Assembly: GCA_026992635.1 (NCBI GenBank)
Contig: JALWYU010000048.1
Coordinates: 1-59,643 of the forward strand
Reading direction: 5' to 3'
DNA: 59,643 nucleotides
Origin: Bacteroidota bacterium
GTDB taxonomy: Bacteria > Bacteroidota > Bacteroidia > JAADEI01
The number at the start of each line of letters is the position of its first letter. Position 1 is the first letter of the stretch. This document shows, piece after piece, positions 9,074 to 17,246 of the stretch. A model generated the notes under the pieces. It did no database searches, was not told the DNA's origin, and saw nothing but the letters and a program-made list of their open reading frames with translations. A program made the position numbers and the translations under genes.

Positions 9074-11665
9074 TCAAAACCGCAAATACCGCCAAAAAGG
9101 TGTCAAATTCCATGTCAATCCGGTTTCTATCCAGGTCGTATGTATCGTTTGCGTCTTCCATTGTTCAGTACTGGCTCCGGCAGCGGCGTACAGATAGATG
9201 CCGGGTGTCCAGGCGTAGCGAATGACGATCAGACCGTAGTGGCGACGCCAGGGTAAACCCTGACCGGGAACATTGTACCAGTAGCGGGCAGGAAAGGGTG
9301 TGATGTTGTGGGGGTCGTGTCCCCAGATGCGTTCAGGGGGTTCGTCCAGACCTGTCGTACGCCACAGGTACCGACCGCTCACCTGCCACCGTTCCCGCTG
9401 AAATACGGCTTCCAATCCGTAAAAGTAGGTGTTGGCACCGATACCTAAGGGAATTCGGTAATGCGCCATTACTGTCAGGGAGTCAAAGTGTGTGTAGACA
9501 AAGGGGCGGTTCCGACCGGCACTGGCGACGAGCACCAGGTCGCGTGCAGGGGCAAGCAGGCATTCTATAATCCAGCCCCATTTATTCAGGTAGGAGCCCC
9601 ATTGGACAGGGGCGTTGAGAATTCCCAGCTGACTGAGCACGTAGCGGACATCGCGCCGAAATTCTTTACTCCAGAAATCGTCTATGTAAATCTGGGCGCG
9701 GAGGTTCACCCATCGGCGTGGACGGATTGCCAGTGCCAAGCCCATCACCATATTGTGTGGTGAGCCCAGGTAGTGTTCTACTGCCCGATAGAAAATAATG
9801 GGGTTCAGATAATGGATATCAGGTGGACGCCAGGCTCCATTCGTATCGGCGCCCGGTTGCATCACGCCTTCCAGCCAGGCAATGGTTAACCAGGAAGAAA
9901 CACGCACCTCCAGCAAATGCCATGAGAAGTAACGGGTGGGGCGTGCACCCAGCCGCCGAAAGTAGTGTTTCAGCACAGCCCATACGACAGCATACCGAAT
10001 GCGTTTCAGGTTGAGGATTGCCTGAAAAGAAGTATGGATGGGAAGGTGCCAGTTCCACCACAGAGAATAGCGTGTTGGACCCACGTATTGAAAATCGTGG
10101 AGCCAGCGAAAACGAAGGTGTCGTGAAGGGCGCCACACCAGAAGTGCACCGGCTGGATTGACGTCCATACCGCGTGTGTAGAGGGTATCGGATGCATAGC
10201 CTGAGAAGTTTTTATTCCAGCCTACGGGGAAGTAGGCACCTCGCCATAGGGAATCCCGAGCTGTTCGGAATATGTAGGGTGGGTTCCATTGTCCGTCCAT
10301 TAGCCAGGTTGCCCAGGCGAAGCGCTTGTAGGTGCCCTGAACCAGCAGTCCACGAAAATTCCCATAGGGTAGTGGTGGGCGGACCGGCAGGGAAGTACCT
10401 ATGCCTTGCCAGAGTAGTGGGCGAATTTCCCAAAATCCGCTGGAATCCAGAAGTTTTCGGTACAGGCAGGGGTAGGTGCCCCATCCCTCTCGCCGACATA
10501 CTACTGATACAAACCATGTGTCAATTTGTGCATTGGTCAGGACGTGCAGGTCTGCAGGTGGGAAAAACAAGAAGGGCATAAGCTTGCTGGAGTCCCGGAT
10601 CAGGTGTCCTTCCAGCCAGAGTACCGTTGCAGGATCCAGGGTCAACAGGGACGGAGGGACAACTTGCTCTGAGACAGGCAACCGTCTGGATGACTGAGCA
10701 ATTGCGCGAGCAGGCTTGGATGCCCATCCGCCATCTGCCGTCAATAGCCAGAAGCCAAATGTGAAGGCAATTGCTTTGAAATTGAACGAAGCCAATTGAA
10801 CAGAACCTGTGGTTTGTCGGGTGCGTCGCCACCATGCAATCACCAGTAACGCCAGTACGATTATGCCACCTATTGTAGCGATGGATCCCGCGATTGTTAC
10901 GTCCAGCCACAACGCGAAAATCATACCTGTCAGCGTCAAAACGATACTCACCAGCGTGGCAGTCACTAAGAACGCAATCAAAGTCCGAATCCCCAGCAAA
11001 TGTACAATTAACGGGGATTGTACACATAATGCCAGTGTCAGGACCACGCCCGTCGTGTGCAAACTCAACACCAGCGTAATCGTAATCAGCATTTGCCAGC
11101 CATAGCGCAACACCAGTGGACGGACAGGGGCGGGCGCACCAAACGCTTCTGCCCACAACCATTTGCCCCACCGAAATAAAAACACCAGCCACAACACAAG
11201 CAGACAGCCAGCAACTATGGGAACACGGGGTACACCCGATATCCCTAGAACTTCAATCCATGACACCTGCCACCATTGCACCGGTATGTATTCCAGTTCA
11301 CCCAGCAGGAGACATTCCAGATCCAGGTGCGCTTGATCGCCCCAGCGCACAATGAACAGGACACCAGCGCCAAAAAGAACAAATGCCACGGCACCCAGCA
11401 TAGCATTCCGATCAAACGGCAATTTTTGCTGCAGTAGATAGGTCCAGGCAAGCTGGACAAGCGCCGCCACTAAGAAACCCGGCACAACACCCCATTGTCC
11501 CAAAACCAGATACCCCACTAAAATGCCTGGCAATACCCCATGGAGTAGAGCATCTGCTATTAACAGCTCACGGCGGACATACAGGAATGCTCCCAGCCAC
11601 GTCAGCAATATTCCCACCAGCAAAACGCCTGCAATCAGCACAAACGTACCCACCCAGGGTGCCAT
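9074..11665 (-). CDS. apparent fusion: metal ABC permease (ZnuB/MntB-like, ~280 aa) + outer-membrane beta-barrel-like domain
   Basis: N-part has DALLHGVLPGI and LLLGEL with many TM helices; C-part has YLNPIIFYRAVEHYLGSPHN, amphipathic strands and a terminal Phe (WRYLRF). Confidence 0.65.
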   Translation of the reverse strand: MAPWVGTFVLIAGVLLVGILLTWLGAFLYVRRELLIADALLHGVLPGILVGYLVLGQWGVVPGFLVAALVQLAWTYLLQQKLPFDRNAMLGAVAFVLFGAGVLFIVRWGDQAHLDLECLLLGELEYIPVQWWQVSWIEVLGISGVPRVPIVAGCLLVLWLVFLFRWGKWLWAEAFGAPAPVRPLVLRYGWQMLITITLVLSLHTTGVVLTLALCVQSPLIVHLLGIRTLIAFLVTATLVSIVLTLTGMIFALWLDVTIAGSIATIGGIIVLALLVIAWWRRTRQTTGSVQLASFNFKAIAFTFGFWLLTADGGWASKPARAIAQSSRRLPVSEQVVPPSLLTLDPATVLWLEGHLIRDSSKLMPFLFFPPADLHVLTNAQIDTWFVSVVCRREGWGTYPCLYRKLLDSSGFWEIRPLLWQGIGTSLPVRPPLPYGNFRGLLVQGTYKRFAWATWLMDGQWNPPYIFRTARDSLWRGAYFPVGWNKNFSGYASDTLYTRGMDVNPAGALLVWRPSRHLRFRWLHDFQYVGPTRYSLWWNWHLPIHTSFQAILNLKRIRYAVVWAVLKHYFRRLGARPTRYFSWHLLEVRVSSWLTIAWLEGVMQPGADTNGAWRPPDIHYLNPIIFYRAVEHYLGSPHNMVMGLALAIRPRRWVNLRAQIYIDDFWSKEFRRDVRYVLSQLGILNAPVQWGSYLNKWGWIIECLLAPARDLVLVASAGRNRPFVYTHFDSLTVMAHYRIPLGIGANTYFYGLEAVFQRERWQVSGRYLWRTTGLDEPPERIWGHDPHNITPFPARYWYNVPGQGLPWRRHYGLIVIRYAWTPGIYLYAAAGASTEQWKTQTIHTTWIETGLTWNLTPFWRYLRF

Positions 11666-11753
11666 GCCCTCATCGGAATTGATGTCAGAACGGGTAAACT
11701 CTGTCCCGGAAAAAAATCAGGCGATGGACGATGCACTATCCGTCCTCCCTTTA

Positions 11754-14234
11754 TTAACGTAAAAGGGTTACATCGCCTTTCAGAAAATAGCGAGCACCCC
11801 GTCGTCCAGGACAGGCAACCTCCAGATAATAAACGTAAACATCGGAACGGGCAGGCTGACCACCTGGAAGCCTGCCATCCCAACCAATCACCGTCCTGCC
11901 TTTCCCCGGGTCAAAAGGTACGTCTTTTTGCTGAAAGAGAAGGTGTCCCCACCGATCATAAATCCTCCATTCTTTCACGACAAGGTTGGCGGCATAGGAG
12001 TAAACGTAAAACTGGTCGTTGATCCCATCGCCATTGGGTGTAAACACGTTGGGGACAAAGATGTACTCTTCTGTGCAGGGTACGTCCAGGATCCATATAC
12101 GGAGCCAAGCCTGGGCAAAGCATCCATACTCGTTGATCACGTAGAAGTGAATCACGGTATCCTGACGATTGACACCTGGCGGAAGCATAGGCGCCCACAA
12201 CACCGTTTGTAATGTCTGGGTATCGCCGGTTGACCACCAGTACAGCAAGCCGTCTGTAGAGGCTTCCAGCGTGAGGAACTGCCCTTCCACAATAGTCGTA
12301 TCACCCAAAATCTCTGCTTCAGGCAAGGGATAGACCACTACGGGCAGTAAGATTGTATCGTTGGGGCAAACGGAATCTGCCAGCACAACGATTGTATAGG
12401 TTGTGGAGACGGGTGAGGTAATGGCGTATGTATTGTTCCCCAGGGCAATTACGTCCTGCATAGTCAGCCATTGAATGGTAAAGTTTCCGCTGTTGATGGT
12501 CAGTGTATCGCCTTCTCCATAGCAGTAGGCTAAGGAGTCTGGAGTGACGGAAGCAACTGGCGGCATCTCCACGAACACAATGATTGTATCTGTGCCCTGA
12601 CACCCCAGTGAATCGGTCACCGTCACTATGTAGGTTGTATTGTCTGGGGGTGAAGCCCAGGGTGTGGCACAGTCCGTACAGGAGAGTCCAGTGGGTGGTG
12701 TCCAGCTGTAGGAATAGCCACTGCCTGCAATCCCTGTAGTCAACTGGATGGAATCACCTAAGCAGATCAAGGGGTTGGGACCCAGATCAGGCGCGGGCAA
12801 AGGCTGAACATGAACCTGAAAGGTATCCAGTGCCAGACATCCTAAGGAATCCCACGCTAAGACGACAATGTCCTGGGAAGCAGATGGGTAAATCCACGTA
12901 CCCGGACAGGTGGCACAGGTAACGACCGAGTCGGGCAACCACTGCCATTGCATCCCTTGTGGAATTTGTGCTTCCAGATAGAGCGAATCACCTAGACAGA
13001 GAAACGTATCGGACATCGTGATTTGCGGGTCCTGAACCCGAACAATGACTGTATCCAGGGAAGGACATTCATATCCATAACCCACAACAAGCAAAGTTTC
13101 CTGTTGCGTGGGGAAAATTTGTGCTTGTAAGCAGGGCTGACCACCACACAGTACAATAGAGTCGGGCGACCAGATCACCGAATCCCACGTGGCTGACGAA
13201 TTTACCTGCAGTACAAGAGTGTCTCCTGCACATATTGTTGTATCCGGAGGCAGGTTCAACGAAGGGGGCGTAGGAAAGTTAAACACTACGGTGTCCGAAT
13301 ACCACAGGGTATCGCCGGAACACCGGACATAACCTACACGCAGGACATATTCGGAATAGCCCAGTGGACAGGCAAGGAGTGTATCCGTACCCGTCGCCAC
13401 CAGTGTATTGTTCAGATACCATTCAATGACGCGGGGCAAGGGTGGACCATTGGGGATAAACCGCCAGGCTTCGCTGGCTCCCCACCAGATACCGGTGTTT
13501 CTTCCTGGGGGTGTCCAGCCTGTTGCTGCATTGGCTTCAATACCGATAACTGCCAATCCACCATTCCAGGACAGACAAATGGGTTTGGTGTAAATGTACA
13601 CGTCCACATAGTTGTACGTCTCGTGCAAAACGATTTGTTGCGTGGTGGACAAATAGTTACACCAGTAATGAGCAACGTTATCATAGGAAATCACAAATTG
13701 CCGGAAGGGTGCTGTCCCTATAACTGTATACCGGATTGTGCCGTAAACCGATGGATCCATGTCATGATACGCACCATGAATCATACTGGGCCATGGCGGA
13801 TCAATTCCTGAGGGAATCGGTGCCGAAAAGGACCAGTTGCAATAACTACCTGCTGGGACGACATTGGGGTCAAAGCGAACCACACCATTGGAGCACATTT
13901 GCGCCAGGTTGCGTACCGTATCCAGAAAACAAAACGGAAAAGTGATGGAGACAGGGGCATCCCACGTATCATCCCAGCTTGAAATCAACGGCAGGACCGT
14001 ACCTACAGAAGGCGAAACTGGCGGAGTAAACGGAATGCTCATTACCTGATAACTACTGGTCCGACGCAGCTCTCCATAGGAAGCATAAAGTTCAGTGCAT
14101 TGTCCGCAGGAAATGCTGGCATTCTGTACCTGAATGCTCACATTCAGTGAGGACTGTGCCTGTACAATTGACTGCAAGCCTGAGGCGATAAGGAATGCGA
14201 GTGCCCAGCCCTGAGTCCTGAGGCGTTTCGCCAT
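11754..14234 (-). CDS. secreted protein with Ig-like repeats and T9SS type B (gliding-motility-associated) C-terminal domain
   Basis: Signal peptide; C-terminus VPNVFTPNGDGINDQF..IYDRWG..WDG..VYVY..GDVTLLR. Confidence 0.9.
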   Translation of the reverse strand: MAKRLRTQGWALAFLIASGLQSIVQAQSSLNVSIQVQNASISCGQCTELYASYGELRRTSSYQVMSIPFTPPVSPSVGTVLPLISSWDDTWDAPVSITFPFCFLDTVRNLAQMCSNGVVRFDPNVVPAGSYCNWSFSAPIPSGIDPPWPSMIHGAYHDMDPSVYGTIRYTVIGTAPFRQFVISYDNVAHYWCNYLSTTQQIVLHETYNYVDVYIYTKPICLSWNGGLAVIGIEANAATGWTPPGRNTGIWWGASEAWRFIPNGPPLPRVIEWYLNNTLVATGTDTLLACPLGYSEYVLRVGYVRCSGDTLWYSDTVVFNFPTPPSLNLPPDTTICAGDTLVLQVNSSATWDSVIWSPDSIVLCGGQPCLQAQIFPTQQETLLVVGYGYECPSLDTVIVRVQDPQITMSDTFLCLGDSLYLEAQIPQGMQWQWLPDSVVTCATCPGTWIYPSASQDIVVLAWDSLGCLALDTFQVHVQPLPAPDLGPNPLICLGDSIQLTTGIAGSGYSYSWTPPTGLSCTDCATPWASPPDNTTYIVTVTDSLGCQGTDTIIVFVEMPPVASVTPDSLAYCYGEGDTLTINSGNFTIQWLTMQDVIALGNNTYAITSPVSTTYTIVVLADSVCPNDTILLPVVVYPLPEAEILGDTTIVEGQFLTLEASTDGLLYWWSTGDTQTLQTVLWAPMLPPGVNRQDTVIHFYVINEYGCFAQAWLRIWILDVPCTEEYIFVPNVFTPNGDGINDQFYVYSYAANLVVKEWRIYDRWGHLLFQQKDVPFDPGKGRTVIGWDGRLPGGQPARSDVYVYYLEVACPGRRGARYFLKGDVTLLR

Positions 14235-14298
14235 TAGCCTGAAATTTCCAGGAGTTCAGAGCATTGTGCAGGGCAATCGGTGCCATACCACCCCCATA

Positions 14299-14306
14299 AT
14301 AAGGTA
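14299..14306 (-). promoter_or_regulatory. candidate -7 promoter element TACCTTAT
   Basis: Same 8-mer occurs upstream of glnA (41271) and the POT transporter (57409), each in the sense orientation; variant of Bacteroidota TAnnTTTG. Confidence 0.4.
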
Positions 14307-14405
14307 ACTTAAGGAGCAAAAAGTTTTTTGCCAAGTCATTTTTGGATACTTTCTGAGGGAGGTCTTGCGTTTCTTCTTCGCACACGAACGCAAATCCGAG
14401 CAAAT

Positions 14406-15350
14406 ATGGACAGGAATAACGGGGGTCAATGTTTGCCTGAGGAAACGGCAATGGTTCGGCAAGCCGAACAAAAAACTTCTGAGTCCCACGCGTTATCTTC
14501 TTTTGAGGAGGAAGCCGACGCGGTACATGGCGTGCCATTCCCGTCTAACGGGGATAGTCCGCCATCCGGTTCCGAACATGAAGAAACGGACATGACAGCG
14601 AGGCGCAGGCGCCGTCGGAAACGAACTGAGCTCACACCCGAAGAACATAACCGACGTCTCAAAGTGTTTCGTGAAGAGATTGAACCACTTTTGCCTCGCC
14701 TCCTGCACTTTGCATTGAGTCTTACGACCAGTGGGGGTCAGCCCAACCTGGATTTAGCCCAGGATCTTGTGCAGGAAACCTGCCTGCGCGCCTTTGAAGC
14801 CCTGGATACCTACGAGCCTGGTACCAATATCCGTGGCTGGCTCTTCACCATTATGCGCAACCTGTACATCAATGAATACCGACGGCGCAAAAGTCTGCCC
14901 CGCCATTTCTCTTACGAGGAATACTCCACGTTTCGCTCGGAGGATGAAGAGGAAGGGGGTGCCACGACTTCAGGGATTGCCGGTTCAGACCTGCGCGAAG
15001 AAATCGCCAATCAATACCTGTCGGACGAAGTTGTGAAAGCCCTGATGAAACTGCCTGAGGAGTTTCGGCTGGTCGTCCTCCTTGCCGATTTTGAAAACAT
15101 GAAATATGAAGAGATAGCCAAGATTATGGGAATACCCATTGGGACGGTACGCTCACGGCTGCACCGGGCAAGGCGTCTTCTCAAACGGGAACTGAAAGAC
15201 TATGCCTCCCGGTTCTATCAGATAAAAGAGGTGAAACGGGGTGTAACCCGAGAATCCCGGAAACATGAAGACTCAGCCCATGCCGGGGAAGCGGGCGACG
15301 AAAAACCCGACAACCCATCTGCCGCGACCCGATCCGCCTCCACAACCTGA
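14406..15350 (+). CDS. ECF sigma-70 factor (SigH/SigR-like)
   Basis: Region 2 AQDLVQETCLRAF..YEPGTNIRGWLFTIMRN; region 4 YEEIAKIMGIPIGTVRSRLHRAR; start uncertain (14406, 14451 or 14592). Confidence 0.92.
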   Translation: MDRNNGGQCLPEETAMVRQAEQKTSESHALSSFEEEADAVHGVPFPSNGDSPPSGSEHEETDMTARRRRRRKRTELTPEEHNRRLKVFREEIEPLLPRLLHFALSLTTSGGQPNLDLAQDLVQETCLRAFEALDTYEPGTNIRGWLFTIMRNLYINEYRRRKSLPRHFSYEEYSTFRSEDEEEGGATTSGIAGSDLREEIANQYLSDEVVKALMKLPEEFRLVVLLADFENMKYEEIAKIMGIPIGTVRSRLHRARRLLKRELKDYASRFYQIKEVKRGVTRESRKHEDSAHAGEAGDEKPDNPSAATRSASTT

Positions 15351-15684
15351 AGGTTCCGACAGGGCACGCACCCCAACTACTTCTCAGAAACGGGGTAATC
15401 CGCGTACAGTCGCCCGCTTCCGTAAATACCGGCGCCACCTCCTGCTATGCCGCCGTGTCCAGCGATGGATGTATGACGCCATTGATGGACGATTACCCCC
15501 GGCACGCTACCGGATTTTTCTTTATCATGTGTCGCGATGTAGCCGATGTCGGCGAAAGCTGAAACGCGAAATCCACTATTTACGCTTCCTGCGTATGGCG
15601 CTGTATGCCCGCTTGAATGCCCTTTCACACATCGTGGAGAAAATGGGTCAGACAGTTCGGCGCCATATCATGGGACAGGCATAA
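15265..15684 (+). CDS. zinc-binding anti-sigma factor (zf-HC2/ZAS)
   Basis: C..(IDGRL)..HVSRCSRC = HxxxCxxC directly after the ECF sigma; no TM helix; true start uncertain. Confidence 0.7.
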   Translation: MKTQPMPGKRATKNPTTHLPRPDPPPQPEGSDRARTPTTSQKRGNPRTVARFRKYRRHLLLCRRVQRWMYDAIDGRLPPARYRIFLYHVSRCSRCRRKLKREIHYLRFLRMALYARLNALSHIVEKMGQTVRRHIMGQA

Positions 15685-15800
15685 AGCCAAGAGGTACACG
15701 TCATCTAAGGGGTGCGTTGCTTTGTGAATGGCAATCAAGTGCTGCATAGACATAGGCTGGCGTGGTAAATCCTCGGTGCACCAAGTAGATTTCCGGAGCC

Positions 15801-16655
15801 GTGTGGTGGATTCTACGATGGACTCTTGAACTGGGTATTGGCAGCTACGGTACATTTGCGGGCTTTTCCACATATGTAGAGGCTGGAACAAGTCTCTGGC
15901 TAAGCACATTCGCAGGTTGTCGCGTGCGCACTTACCTGGGCTATCGGATCGGACCTCAGAACCAGTCGGTCGTAGGCGAAGCCCGAATGCAAGTGGGAAT
16001 CCGTGTTGGTGCCCAGCCTTACAGTACGCTGCCAGGCATACGGACACTGACCACTTTGAGTAATCGGGTCGCTCAGCCTGATCGGATTACCCATCCAACC
16101 CGGCCGCAGCAAGCACGCTTCCCCACACTCTTTGTGGGCTGGAACTTTTATGCTGACACGCGCAATACCGGGCAACGGACAGGCTTCCTCCTGCTCAGCT
16201 GGAACAACTGGTATCTCTACCACGAAAACGATGCGTGGGCAGGACAAGGCTACGATCGCTACCGAACTGCAACTGTTTGGCTCGCCTACTGCCCTGCAGA
16301 AACCACCTGCTTAGAACTCTATCTTTTTTTGTGGACGGGCGATCCTACACCCGCACCCATTGTCGCGTGGCAGGGCAAACGATGGCGGCTCCTTACTCAG
16401 GGCATTGCCGGCGCCTATACCCATGGCGTGACCGCCCTGACAATTCGCTGGTATCAGTATACCTTTCAGATGGGTGTTGATAGCGAACGACTCCGCGCCA
16501 GTGTCCAGAATGCCGTGCACGCCTTGCCTTTTCTGCGTAAGCGAAATGTTTTGATGGCGCCTGTCAATGCCTCGGGTTTGCCAGCATTTACCCTGCCTCC
16601 AAGGAGTACCTATCCCTGGTGGAGTGCTACGTATGGAGCCTGGCTGCCGATGTAA
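15801..16655 (+). CDS. protein with putative polymorphic toxin type 23 (Ntox23)-like domain
   Basis: YHENDAWAGQGYDRYRTA fits the ND + DxxR signature, with a later QNAVH histidine; recognised from memory, no search run. Confidence 0.55.
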   Translation: MWWILRWTLELGIGSYGTFAGFSTYVEAGTSLWLSTFAGCRVRTYLGYRIGPQNQSVVGEARMQVGIRVGAQPYSTLPGIRTLTTLSNRVAQPDRITHPTRPQQARFPTLFVGWNFYADTRNTGQRTGFLLLSWNNWYLYHENDAWAGQGYDRYRTATVWLAYCPAETTCLELYLFLWTGDPTPAPIVAWQGKRWRLLTQGIAGAYTHGVTALTIRWYQYTFQMGVDSERLRASVQNAVHALPFLRKRNVLMAPVNASGLPAFTLPPRSTYPWWSATYGAWLPM

Positions 16656-16678
16656 CCTGCTTGTGGTCAACTGATTTG

Positions 16679-16751
16679 TGCCCTCGCCCGGACTCGAACC
16701 GGGATCTGTGGCTTAGGAGGCCACCGCTCTGTCCTGTTGAGCTACGAGGGC
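16679..16751 (-). tRNA. tRNA-Arg (CCT)
   Basis: Reverse strand GCCCTCGTAGCTCAACAGGACAGAGCG-GTGGC-CTCCTAA-GCCAC-AGATCCCGGTTCGAGTCCGGGCGAGGGCA folds as a cloverleaf. Confidence 0.96.
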
Positions 16752-16880
16752 AGTGCCCAACTTCTGGACGCCTTCCCTTTCCAAAACAATGGCGCCAACC
16801 AGAAGGTTTCACTGAGGGAACTTCTTTTTGAAGGGGTGTGTTTACTTTGGCAAGGTAGCAGGAAAAAAACCATCTGGAGC

Positions 16881-17159
16881 ATGACGAAGATCGTGTATCT
16901 TCCGCCCGAAAAAAAGCGCGAGATTATTGAGATGGCAGTGGGTTCGTACAATCCGGGTGCGCCCGAAGCACAAATCGCACTTTGGACTTACCGGATCCAG
17001 CATCTGACTCGCCACCTGCAGCAACATCCCAAGGATTACAGGACGTTGCGTGCTTTGAAGATGCTGGTGGGGAAGCGCCGAAGAATGCTCCGCTATTTAC
17101 AGCGGAAGGACTTCAGCCGATACCAGCGTATCGTCCAGAAACTGGGCATCCGGGGGTAA
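16881..17159 (+). CDS. rpsO: 30S ribosomal protein S15
   Basis: GAPEAQIA..RIQHLTRHL..HPKD..LVGKRRRMLRYL..LGIR; upstream of pnp. Confidence 0.96.
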   Translation: MTKIVYLPPEKKREIIEMAVGSYNPGAPEAQIALWTYRIQHLTRHLQQHPKDYRTLRALKMLVGKRRRMLRYLQRKDFSRYQRIVQKLGIRG

Positions 17160-17246
17160 GCCAGTTCAGACAGAAAGACAGAAAGACAGCACACCGATGG
17201 GTAGCGCTCACCCCCTGACCTCCAGGCATAACCAAATCAAAGACAA

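Noticed and set aside
8795-9197. Two ORFs with identical N-termini MGWGSALVFREL..
   Set aside because: Mirror-image readings of the palindrome, not genes.
16679-16751. tRNA-anchored integrative element
   Set aside because: No integrase, and I saw no duplicated tRNA 3' end for either tRNA.
16801-16835. Hairpin plus T-run upstream of rpsO (S15 leader or terminator)
   Set aside because: The stem is imperfect and cannot be matched to a known leader family by eye.
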